Part shown: positions 17,447 through 26,016 of the stretch, piece after piece
Position numbering within the stretch: position 1 is the stretch's first letter
Layout: each line of letters starts with the position of its first letter
Assembly: GCA_964539225.1 (NCBI GenBank)
Contig: CAZIIZ010000001.1
Span: 1 to 35,486 of the forward strand
DNA: 35,486 nucleotides
Direction of reading: 5' to 3'
DNA from: an uncultured Hyphomicrobiales bacterium
GTDB taxonomy: Bacteria > Bacteroidota > Ignavibacteria > Kapaibacteriales > UBA2268
Position numbers and translations under genes: made by a program
Notes under the pieces: model-generated
What the model saw: the letters and a program-made list of their open reading frames with translations, nothing else
Database searches by the model: none
What the model was told of the DNA's origin: nothing

Positions 17447-19546
17447 ATGAAAAAGTTATTACAAAAACTCGGCAAGATTGCAATTGCAGCAGCTTTTGTT
17501 TTATCACTTCATTCCGGAGCGTTTGCACAGGACACTAAGGATTTACTTGATATGTCCCTAGAAGATTTAATGAATATGGAAGTGAGTGTTGCTTCGGGCA
17601 AAGCACAGAAAATGGATGAAGCTCCTTCAATTGTTTCTGTTGTTACTAAAGCAGACTTCGAGAAATACGGAGCTAGAGACCTTGCTGATATTTTACGGAA
17701 TGTCCCAGGCTTCGAATTTGGTGCAGATTCGTATGAACTTGCTGGAGCCAGTTTCAGAGGGATTTGGGCTTATGAGGGGAAAATTGCATTTTTGATGAAT
17801 GGTGTTAATATCACAGAATATGCTACCGGAAATTTCAACATGGTTGGGAATATTCCTTCTATGATGATTGAGCGAGTTGAGATTATTCGCGGTCCTGGTT
17901 CCGCTTTGTATGGAGGATATGCAGAAGTGGCTGTAATTAATATTATTACAAATTCCGCAGCTGCATTGAACAATGCTGCTGTGCTTTATGCCAATGGAGG
18001 CAAGATGGGCGATGCTTATTCGGGGAATACATGCTTCAGCATGGGTTTAGCAAATGAGAAAAAAACTGTAGAAATAGCAGCACACGTCGGAGTTGGCTAT
18101 AATTTATTGTCAGATAGAGATTATACTCCATTTATCCAAGTTAAGGATCCTATTTCCGAAGTTTCTTCTCCGGCAGTAGGGAAGATGGGGGACGAAAGTG
18201 GTTATAGAAAAACAATGTATTCTGTGATTGACGGGAAAATTGGTGATTTCAAGTTTGATTTTGTCAGGAACTCAGTAACTTATGCTGCTCAGAATAATGG
18301 TTACGTTATTCCTCAAGTCAATGGGTTAAACGGCGAGGACAGGAATACTAAAATGCTGGGTATATCTATGTCGTATAAGTATTCATTAAGCGATAACCTA
18401 TGGATTAAACCCTTGTTCGAATATACAGAATCAAATCTGTTAGCTTCAACAGTTAATCCAGATATGGCAATTGAAAGTCCTTTTATATACGAAGGTACCT
18501 TAATGAATAGATACATGGGACAAATCGTAATGGAATGGGACAATAAACTGTTAATCGGTGGTGGTGCTATGCGAAACAACATTTATGCTACTGACAAATA
18601 TGGAAATGATGGGTTAGAAATCGGTCCCAATCCGCAGGATACTGCAAGAGAACATTACGTGATGGGATATTACGGAATTCTTCAATATGCAGATAATTTT
18701 GGTAATTTGGGTTTTACAATAGGTGCAAGAGGTGAATTTACCGAATGGGGAAACGCATTTGCCCCACGCCTTGGTTTAACTTATATACTTGATAAACTAA
18801 ATTTCAAGTTATTATTTGGCAGCTCATTCAGAGTGCCTACTTTGTTCCAGGCATACACTCGGCTTTGGGCTTGGGACACCAAAGATGCCAATGGTAAAGC
18901 AATTGATTTAAAACCTGAAACTTGTAATTCCTTTGAATTCGAAACAGGCTATAAATTTAGTAGCAATCTAAAAGCTAAAATGAATATATTCTACGTATCA
19001 ATTAGCAATCCTTTGGTGTACCAAGGTTCGTATGTAAACTATGGAAAAATTAATTCTATTGGTATCGAAGCAGAAGTAGAATTATTATACGAGAATTATG
19101 GTACTAAGCTTAATATCTCCTATTCCAAACCATCAGGAGAAACTAGCGATAATTTTCTGACTGATGATAAAAACGGTTTTTTAGGAATGACTCCGATTAA
19201 AATTAACTGGTTCGGTCATTATACTTTCGGTAATTTAACGGCAGGAGCTTCGTTGACATTTGTATCTGAACGAAAAGGCATCTCTAAAGATTATGCCTTA
19301 TGGATGTGGGAAGGCGACAAGAACAAACCGAAACCAGCCGTTACTAATCAAACATTAGAAGCATTGATGCTACTCAATTTGAATCTATCGTACAAAAATT
19401 TAATTGATAAGGTTTTAGATGTGCAAGCGACTGTTTATAATGTGTTAGATGCAAAATATATGTTAATACAGCCATATTATGAATACCATGCACCACTACC
19501 GGCATTCGACAGACATGTCGTTGTAAACTTAGCGTTGCACATATAG
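17447..19546 (+). CDS. TonB-dependent receptor 3 (699 aa)
   Basis: Signal peptide ..SGAFA/QD. Plug motifs EAPSIVSVVTKADFEKYGARDLADILRNVPGF and IERVEIIRGPGSALYGGYAEVAVINIIT, followed by a barrel. GTGAGG RBS. Confidence 0.9.
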   Translation: MKKLLQKLGKIAIAAAFVLSLHSGAFAQDTKDLLDMSLEDLMNMEVSVASGKAQKMDEAPSIVSVVTKADFEKYGARDLADILRNVPGFEFGADSYELAGASFRGIWAYEGKIAFLMNGVNITEYATGNFNMVGNIPSMMIERVEIIRGPGSALYGGYAEVAVINIITNSAAALNNAAVLYANGGKMGDAYSGNTCFSMGLANEKKTVEIAAHVGVGYNLLSDRDYTPFIQVKDPISEVSSPAVGKMGDESGYRKTMYSVIDGKIGDFKFDFVRNSVTYAAQNNGYVIPQVNGLNGEDRNTKMLGISMSYKYSLSDNLWIKPLFEYTESNLLASTVNPDMAIESPFIYEGTLMNRYMGQIVMEWDNKLLIGGGAMRNNIYATDKYGNDGLEIGPNPQDTAREHYVMGYYGILQYADNFGNLGFTIGARGEFTEWGNAFAPRLGLTYILDKLNFKLLFGSSFRVPTLFQAYTRLWAWDTKDANGKAIDLKPETCNSFEFETGYKFSSNLKAKMNIFYVSISNPLVYQGSYVNYGKINSIGIEAEVELLYENYGTKLNISYSKPSGETSDNFLTDDKNGFLGMTPIKINWFGHYTFGNLTAGASLTFVSERKGISKDYALWMWEGDKNKPKPAVTNQTLEALMLLNLNLSYKNLIDKVLDVQATVYNVLDAKYMLIQPYYEYHAPLPAFDRHVVVNLALHI

Positions 19547-19645
19547 CGTTAAATTGATTGGAATTCTAATGAGTATGGAAATACAACATCGAAAGTAAGA
19601 ATTTAATAAAGAACTTTGTGCTTGATTATAAATTATGGACGTAAT

Positions 19646-20002
19646 ATGAACAAACAAATAGTATTTAATTCCAAGAGTGTGGATAAAGGATTTTGGTTAG
19701 AATATAGTATTTATGAAGATCGACTTGAACTTGTTTCTATGATTGGCAAGCTCATAATTCCTATGTCTTGTATCTCTTATATTGATTCTGATGATATCGA
19801 ACTTGAGAAAATTAGTACAGTAAGGTTAGTTCTGAAAAATTTTCGACTTTCCCCTATACTAGGATGGAACATCTTCGTTAAATATATAACAATTTATCCC
19901 AAAAGTAATTATGTTGAACATATACTAATTACTCCAGATAAACCTAAAATATTTTGTAATTTTATAGATGAACAACTTGACAATTTAGATTGGGTTGAAT
20001 AA
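19646..20002 (+). CDS. Small cytoplasmic protein, paralog of 11323..11694 (tentatively PH-like)
   Basis: Start placed at ATG 19646 (MNKQIVFNSKSV...); the ORF track begins at TTG 19616. It shares the W.EY.IY.DRLE...GKLIIP and ITPDKPKIF..FIDEQL blocks with the first copy. Confidence 0.6.
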   Translation: MNKQIVFNSKSVDKGFWLEYSIYEDRLELVSMIGKLIIPMSCISYIDSDDIELEKISTVRLVLKNFRLSPILGWNIFVKYITIYPKSNYVEHILITPDKPKIFCNFIDEQLDNLDWVE

Positions 20003-20027
20003 AACTCCTAAATGTGTTTTGAATTAA

Positions 20028-20121
20028 GCAATCCGTAAAATATAACGGGAACTAATCAATAATTGAATAAATCTATAAATTCAGTTGTGAATTAGTTAAA
20101 TTTTACGGATTGCATATTTTT
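20028..20121 (+). terminator. Long nested hairpin plus T-tract closing the receptor cluster
   Basis: Perfect 14-bp arms GCAATCCGTAAAAT (20028-20041) / ATTTTACGGATTGC (20100-20113), with inner AACTAAT / ATTAGTT pairing. TTTTT follows at 20117-20121. Confidence 0.45.
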
Positions 20122-20147
20122 AATAAAATAAATTGTAATAAGTCATA

Positions 20148-22037
20148 ATGAGCAAACAGTATTCCAGATTTATTAAATATATTCTAATATTAATACTAAG
20201 TGTCTTTGAAAGTGACGCTTTCGAGTTGCCAGACAGTTTGGTGCAACAAATCGAAGGAATTAGTGATAATGTTAAAGTTAAAATATTGCAAAATATTGCG
20301 TGGGAAAATAGAATATCTAACCCATTATATGCCTTAGAATGTACAAATATGTCGCTAATATATGCTGAAGAGCTATCAGACTACTATGCTATCGCCCAAG
20401 GCATAAATTATACAGGAGTAATCTATATGCACCAAAGCGTATATGATAAAGCGTATCAATATTTTCTTGAAGCAAAAGATATAGCTATTAAGCATAAGAT
20501 TAATCTTCAATTGGGATATTCATACTTAAATATGGGGAAGATTAAGCTTCTAAATATGGCTACAAACGATGCTCGCACATTGTTTCAATCTGCACAAACA
20601 ATTATGTATGCAATGAATGATATAAAAGGGATTTCTTATGTATATTCAAGATTAAGTGAACTATACAATAGTACTAAGCAGTTCGATTCGGCACTGTATT
20701 ATGCAAAAAAAACAATTCGAATTGCTGACGAGATAAGGGACGAAGAAATCCGTATACGCGGAAAATTTGAATTAGCTAATACTTATACTAATACCAGAAA
20801 TTATAACGAAGCCCTCGATATATATAAATCAATCTATAGCCAATCAGATAGGAGGTTGCAAATTGATATATTAATATCGAATGTGTATCTCAAATTAAAA
20901 ATGTATAATCAAGCAAATATCAGAGCAAATATTGCTTTCCAAACGGCAATGCTACAAAATAAATATCAAGAAATATTCGATATATTGCAAATACTTGTTG
21001 AAATTAATAGCAGTAATGGTGTATATTATCAAGCATTTAATTATAGTCGAATGCAATTACAGTATAAAGACAGTTTGTTTTCTGCGGAAAAGAAGAAGCA
21101 AATGTTAATGTTAGAGTATTCACAAAATATTCGACAAAAAGAATCAGAAAATATTATTTTAAAAAAATCATCCGCTTGGAAAACTCATATTATCCTTTTC
21201 TTTATATTATTTGTAATGGCTTTGGGGTATGCGATTAATTTACAAATTCGTAAAATTATGCACGAGAAAATAAACAATAAAAAACTATTGGAGCAAAATC
21301 AAATAATTGAGCATCAAACAAAAAAACTTCATCAAGAAATTATTAATAAGGATAAATTCTTTTCGATTATTGCTCACGATTTGAAAAATCCGATTGGTAA
21401 TTTCCGTGAGACTATAAAATTGTTATTTCACTCTTTTCGAGAATTTGATGAAGAGGAAAAGATGGAATTACTAAATATGCTTATGAAATCATCCGAAAAC
21501 ACTTATGAATTATTAGAAAATTTATTAGAATGGTCTCGTACCCAACATGGTCTTATTCAATATAATCCCGATAATTTTGATTTGCATTTGCTTGCTAGCA
21601 ACTGCGTAGAATTGTTGCAATTATCTGCTGAAACCAAAATGATTGCATTGAACAATACGATTAAAAAAGGTACAATAGTCAAAGCAGATGCAAATCTTGT
21701 AACAACAATATTAAGGAATATTGTTTCAAATGCAATTAAATTTACTCCGAACGGTGGCACTATTGAACTAAATGCCAAAAAAGAACCTTATCATTATATG
21801 ATTGCTGTTTCTGATACCGGCATCGGAATGAGTCAAGAAGTAGTGGACAAATTATTTAATATTGAGGAAAATGTTAGTAGAAAAGGAACTTGTGGCGAAT
21901 CGGGGACAGGCTTGGGTTTGCTATTGTGCAATGAATTTATTGAAAAGCATAATAGTAAAATCAATGTCAGCAGTGAAGTAGGCGTGGGGACAACATTTAG
22001 TTTCGCATTGGCTATATCACCGTATTATACAAAATAA
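20148..22037 (+). CDS. TPR-repeat sensor histidine kinase (extracytoplasmic TPR, 1 TM, HisKA, HATPase_c)
   Basis: 629 aa. Has an N-terminal signal/anchor, TPR-like repeats (A..YF.EA..IA, ALYYAKK, EALDIYK) and a TM segment (HIILFFILFVMALGYAINL). H-box FFSIIAHDLKNPIGN, N-box VSNAIKFTP, G-boxes SDTGIGM and GTGLGLLLC. Confidence 0.88.
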   Translation: MSKQYSRFIKYILILILSVFESDAFELPDSLVQQIEGISDNVKVKILQNIAWENRISNPLYALECTNMSLIYAEELSDYYAIAQGINYTGVIYMHQSVYDKAYQYFLEAKDIAIKHKINLQLGYSYLNMGKIKLLNMATNDARTLFQSAQTIMYAMNDIKGISYVYSRLSELYNSTKQFDSALYYAKKTIRIADEIRDEEIRIRGKFELANTYTNTRNYNEALDIYKSIYSQSDRRLQIDILISNVYLKLKMYNQANIRANIAFQTAMLQNKYQEIFDILQILVEINSSNGVYYQAFNYSRMQLQYKDSLFSAEKKKQMLMLEYSQNIRQKESENIILKKSSAWKTHIILFFILFVMALGYAINLQIRKIMHEKINNKKLLEQNQIIEHQTKKLHQEIINKDKFFSIIAHDLKNPIGNFRETIKLLFHSFREFDEEEKMELLNMLMKSSENTYELLENLLEWSRTQHGLIQYNPDNFDLHLLASNCVELLQLSAETKMIALNNTIKKGTIVKADANLVTTILRNIVSNAIKFTPNGGTIELNAKKEPYHYMIAVSDTGIGMSQEVVDKLFNIEENVSRKGTCGESGTGLGLLLCNEFIEKHNSKINVSSEVGVGTTFSFALAISPYYTK

Positions 22038-22050
22038 GAATATATATTTA

Positions 22051-24123
22051 CTAAGAATATATTCCTTTATATTCAGGAATGGTGAAAGAGAATGTGCTAC
22101 CATTTCCTAATTCGCTTTCCGCCCAAATAGTCCCAGCATTTTTTTCTACAAATTCTTTGCATAAAATTAACCCTAATCCAGTACCGGGTTCATTGTCTGT
22201 CCCTTTGGTTGTAATACGCGAATTAAGGCTAAACAACTGAAGTAGAGTGTCTTCAGTAATGCCAACTCCATTATCGATAACGGAAATTGTTATAGTATTA
22301 TGTGCTTGATTTGCTGTAATAGAAATCACTCCATTTGGAGGAGTAAATTTAATAGCATTATTTACCAAATTCCGTAGTACCGTTATTATCATATTCTCAT
22401 CAGCTATTCCAATTATTTCATTGGAAATATTACAATTGAGAATTTGATTTTTTTCCTTAGCGGCTATTTCTAATGATTGGATGACTTGTATTCCTAATCT
22501 ATTAACATTAACAGGAACTGGATTTACGCACATTTCTCCGAGCTGAGTTTTTGCCCAAGCTAAAAGACTTTCTAAGAGATTATATGTTTCTTTGGAACCT
22601 TGATAAATGCTCTGAGTTATAGAAGTAATGTTTTCTGGAGTCATTGTATCTATTTCTGTAACAAGTAGTTCAGATAGACCAAGAACACCGGAGAACGGTG
22701 AGCGTAAATCGTGCGAAATAATTGAGAAAAATTTATCTTTGGCAGAATTGGCTTCGTTTAGTTGCTTATTGGATAGTTCTATTTGCTTTTTTTGTAGCGA
22801 AATATTCATCAACAAACTATCTAATTCTACATTATTCTGATTAATGATTCTGTTTTTTTCTTGTAGTTCTATATTGTGGGTTCGTTTTCTAGATAGTAGG
22901 ATTAAAGTTGCTATTAATATTGTCGCAATTAAAACAATGACGGAAATCGTTATGTATATGGTTTGCCGTTGCCTTTCAATTTGAAGCTTATTAACCTCTA
23001 ATTGTTTGTCTTGGAGTAGAATATCTCGATCTGCTTCGTAAAAATTAAATTGTACTTTAAGGGCAGATGAATTCAATGAATCTCTAATTATATTGCATTT
23101 TTCAGCATAATCAAGTGCTAGATGAGTTTGTCCCATGGCTTTATATGTTAGATACATTGATTCATAACAAGCTTGTAAAGCCGATAAAGCATTCATATTA
23201 ATAAAAATCACTTTTGCTTTTTGTAAATTATTCAGTGCTGTGTCTAAAATTGCCCCCTTACTATTTGGAAAAATCTTTATTTTACCAAATTGAGCTGAAT
23301 CTGTAGCATAACTCAAATACATATTCGCAGTTTCAAATAGAATAGCTGGATCTAAATAATTATCATTGTTAATTTTAATTGCATCTTTTGTCTTATTTAA
23401 AGTATAATACGCATCCAAATATTTACGACTTTTTGTATAAACAGCTGCTAAATTAATTAATATCATGCCATCAGTTGCTTTATCATTCAATGAACTATTA
23501 ATATCTAATGCTTTTATGTAATATTCGATTGCAAAATTATAGTTTTTTGAATCTCTGGACAATCCGGCTAAATTGAATAAAGCTTTTGCTTCACTGGGTT
23601 TAATATTTGCTTTCCGACTTGTAATTATGGCCTTCTGATAGTACTCTTCAGCTCTTTTTAAATTATTTACCCTTCCGTATATCATTCCGATATTGCTTGA
23701 TGATTTGATTATTCCTAAACTATCTTTAATATCTTCATAAGTATTCAAAGCGGTTAATAAATATTTAAGTGCTTGTGGTAGTTCGTACATTTTCCAACAA
23801 TTAATACCGAGTGCATTATTAGCATCACCTATACCTTTTAAATAATTAATATTTTCCGCCAATTTCAATGCTTGAAGCCCATATTCTTTACCTCTTTGAG
23901 GATTTAAAGAATAATTAGTAGATGATAAATTTGCTAAAATATTGATTTTAGCTGTGTCGCTCTTAGCTAATATTAATTCTTGCGAAAGAGAGTCAATTAT
24001 GGTAAGTTTATTTGAAGTGGCAAAAGCTGTGGATATGAAACTCATACTGAATATGAGTAAAATAGTAAAGATATTGATATAATATCTATTAATGGGAAAT
24101 ATAATGGATGTATATTGTTTCAT
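22051..24123 (-). CDS. TPR-repeat sensor histidine kinase (paralogous architecture to 20148..22037)
   Basis: 690 aa. Has a signal/anchor, TPR-like repeats and a TM segment (IYITISVIVLIATILIATLILL). H-box FFSIISHDLRSPFSG, N-box VNNAIKFTP, G-boxes IDNGVGI and GTGLGLILC. Its 3' end lies 13 nt from the convergent kinase gene. Confidence 0.88.
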   Translation of the reverse strand: MKQYTSIIFPINRYYINIFTILLIFSMSFISTAFATSNKLTIIDSLSQELILAKSDTAKINILANLSSTNYSLNPQRGKEYGLQALKLAENINYLKGIGDANNALGINCWKMYELPQALKYLLTALNTYEDIKDSLGIIKSSSNIGMIYGRVNNLKRAEEYYQKAIITSRKANIKPSEAKALFNLAGLSRDSKNYNFAIEYYIKALDINSSLNDKATDGMILINLAAVYTKSRKYLDAYYTLNKTKDAIKINNDNYLDPAILFETANMYLSYATDSAQFGKIKIFPNSKGAILDTALNNLQKAKVIFINMNALSALQACYESMYLTYKAMGQTHLALDYAEKCNIIRDSLNSSALKVQFNFYEADRDILLQDKQLEVNKLQIERQRQTIYITISVIVLIATILIATLILLSRKRTHNIELQEKNRIINQNNVELDSLLMNISLQKKQIELSNKQLNEANSAKDKFFSIISHDLRSPFSGVLGLSELLVTEIDTMTPENITSITQSIYQGSKETYNLLESLLAWAKTQLGEMCVNPVPVNVNRLGIQVIQSLEIAAKEKNQILNCNISNEIIGIADENMIITVLRNLVNNAIKFTPPNGVISITANQAHNTITISVIDNGVGITEDTLLQLFSLNSRITTKGTDNEPGTGLGLILCKEFVEKNAGTIWAESELGNGSTFSFTIPEYKGIYS

Positions 24124-24352
24124 ATATTTAGCGTTCTATTTATAAAAAAATTGAAAGAATACAAAGATACAAAATATTCTACTTACCGTTAATTAATAAA
24201 AGATAATATCGGCAACGGCATTGTTTATCAATAGTAGATATGCTCCTGACTTACACCCTGTTACCTCAATTATTCAAAATAAAATCATATAGAACATAAA
24301 TTAACTTATAATAATCATAATATGTGATATATACAATAAATTGCAAACGTTT

Positions 24353-24415
24353 GTCGTGAATATACCGCAGTTTATCGATTTGTTTTTGAATAAACTGAAT
24401 ATGATTCTTATATTT
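24353..24415 (+). promoter_or_regulatory. Putative promoter of the S41 peptidase gene sharing the PAS-LuxR promoter architecture
   Basis: TCG at position 1, GTTTAT at position 17 and TATATTTG at position 56: the same register as 433-495 and the minus-strand 4266-4204. 35/63 ungapped identities to 433-495 by hand count. The -7-like box ends 72 nt before ATG 24488. Confidence 0.35.
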
Positions 24416-24487
24416 GTGTTTAAAATTTTAGTTGTACATTAAACAATATTTTCAAAACATTATTGCTTTGATATAAAAAGAAATACT

Positions 24488-25912
24488 ATGAAAACTAAAA
24501 TATATTTACTGATAATTATTTTTCTATTTCCTTATCTTATACAATCTCAAACTTTAACTCAAAAGGAAATGCTTTCCGATATGAACCAATTAGAAAGCGT
24601 TGTTGATAATTACTTTCGAGCAAAGGACCTTGTTGAGAAGAGAACTCAAACGAGTATTTTAAATGAAATCAGTTTGGTGAGAGAAGAATGTAAACATATT
24701 TCTTCAGATTCTGACTTCGTCGAATTGATTCGCAAATCGTTAAATATTCTATGTGATAAACACGTTTCGTTTGCGACTTCTGACTTAATAAAAACATATA
24801 TGTCCCGTTTTCCCGATATCTTGAGTTATGGGAATGTTACGCTAGCCGATACATTAATTGCTGACTGCTATTATAACATGGCATTCAATAATGTGATGTT
24901 AAAAATGAAATGTGGGATTCGGGCAAAGTACATAAATGGTAAATACTACAATACAAGGTCATTTATCAACAAAGGAATATTTATCAGATCCGGAGAACAA
25001 ATTACTGCGATTAATGGTACTCCGGTTACAAACTATGTTGCACAAAATAAATACAAACTCTACAACTTAACGTGGGATGAGAATAATAGGAATTGGTATT
25101 CGGAATTGTTTTGGATTAACAATGATATTATCAAAGCTGGGGAATTTTGTCTGACTATTGATAATAAAGAGATAGAGTTAAATTGCGATGTGGCTGTAGA
25201 AAGGACTGAAAAGCCTATGGAATTCTCAACCTCACCTCTGGTAACAAATTTAGATTCAAATATTTTATATATCAGACTGCCCTCCATGAGAGATTCTGAA
25301 TGGTACATAAATCAGATTACAAATCAATACAGTCCAAATATTAAAAAAATTGTAATTGATATAAGAGGAAATAGTGGGGGAGAGGATATCGTTTGGCGAA
25401 ATATAATGAGTACACTAATATGCGATGTTGTCTCTGTAAGAACAAATATATCAATGAATAATAATGAAGCTGTCCGAAATGTATTGCCATTATTTAATAT
25501 CAGCGAGCCACAGATTATTATTTGTGATACTATTTTACCTGCTTCTAACAGCATTAATTACAAAGGTACTATTTATATTTTCCAAGATGCTGATACTTAT
25601 TCATCTGCCAGCAGTTTAGCTTCCTTAGCTTTTCAAATGGATAATATAGTTTTAATTGGACAACCGACATCGTATATTGGCGGCAGAGGCTTAACCCCAT
25701 TAATATTCAAATTATACAATTCAGGAATAATATTCCGCATGCCGATTACAGCGGATTTATCGGGTGGTTCGATTAATCCATATATGAATAAAGTTGAAAT
25801 TGAAATCCCTCAAGATGCTGATACTTATTTTAGAACGACAACTGAAAATCAATACGAAATTGAATATCTCGAACACAAAGATAAATTGATTGAATATGTG
25901 AAAGAACAGTAA
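24488..25912 (+). CDS. S41-family serine peptidase (tail-specific protease-like), secreted
   Basis: 474 aa with signal peptide MKTKIYLLIIIFLFPYLIQSQ. S41 signature blocks: IVIDIRGNSGGEDI, a Ser-containing block DADTYSSASSLASLAF, and downstream GGRGLTPLIFKL. Confidence 0.75.
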   Translation: MKTKIYLLIIIFLFPYLIQSQTLTQKEMLSDMNQLESVVDNYFRAKDLVEKRTQTSILNEISLVREECKHISSDSDFVELIRKSLNILCDKHVSFATSDLIKTYMSRFPDILSYGNVTLADTLIADCYYNMAFNNVMLKMKCGIRAKYINGKYYNTRSFINKGIFIRSGEQITAINGTPVTNYVAQNKYKLYNLTWDENNRNWYSELFWINNDIIKAGEFCLTIDNKEIELNCDVAVERTEKPMEFSTSPLVTNLDSNILYIRLPSMRDSEWYINQITNQYSPNIKKIVIDIRGNSGGEDIVWRNIMSTLICDVVSVRTNISMNNNEAVRNVLPLFNISEPQIIICDTILPASNSINYKGTIYIFQDADTYSSASSLASLAFQMDNIVLIGQPTSYIGGRGLTPLIFKLYNSGIIFRMPITADLSGGSINPYMNKVEIEIPQDADTYFRTTTENQYEIEYLEHKDKLIEYVKEQ

Positions 25913-26016
25913 AATATAAAGAACAATATATGTAATCCTAACATGATTGAAATTATAATTAACTATATAAAAATTAAAAGTGCGGAGTCAGCACTATAAT
26001 CACTGACGATAAAATC

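Noticed and set aside
22034-22067. Direct repeat TAAGAATATAT (x2) and palindrome GAATATATTC at the junction of the convergent kinase genes, as a possible regulatory site.
   Set aside because: Very short, pure AT-rich sequence overlapping two stop-codon regions. Chance occurrence is likely in this composition.
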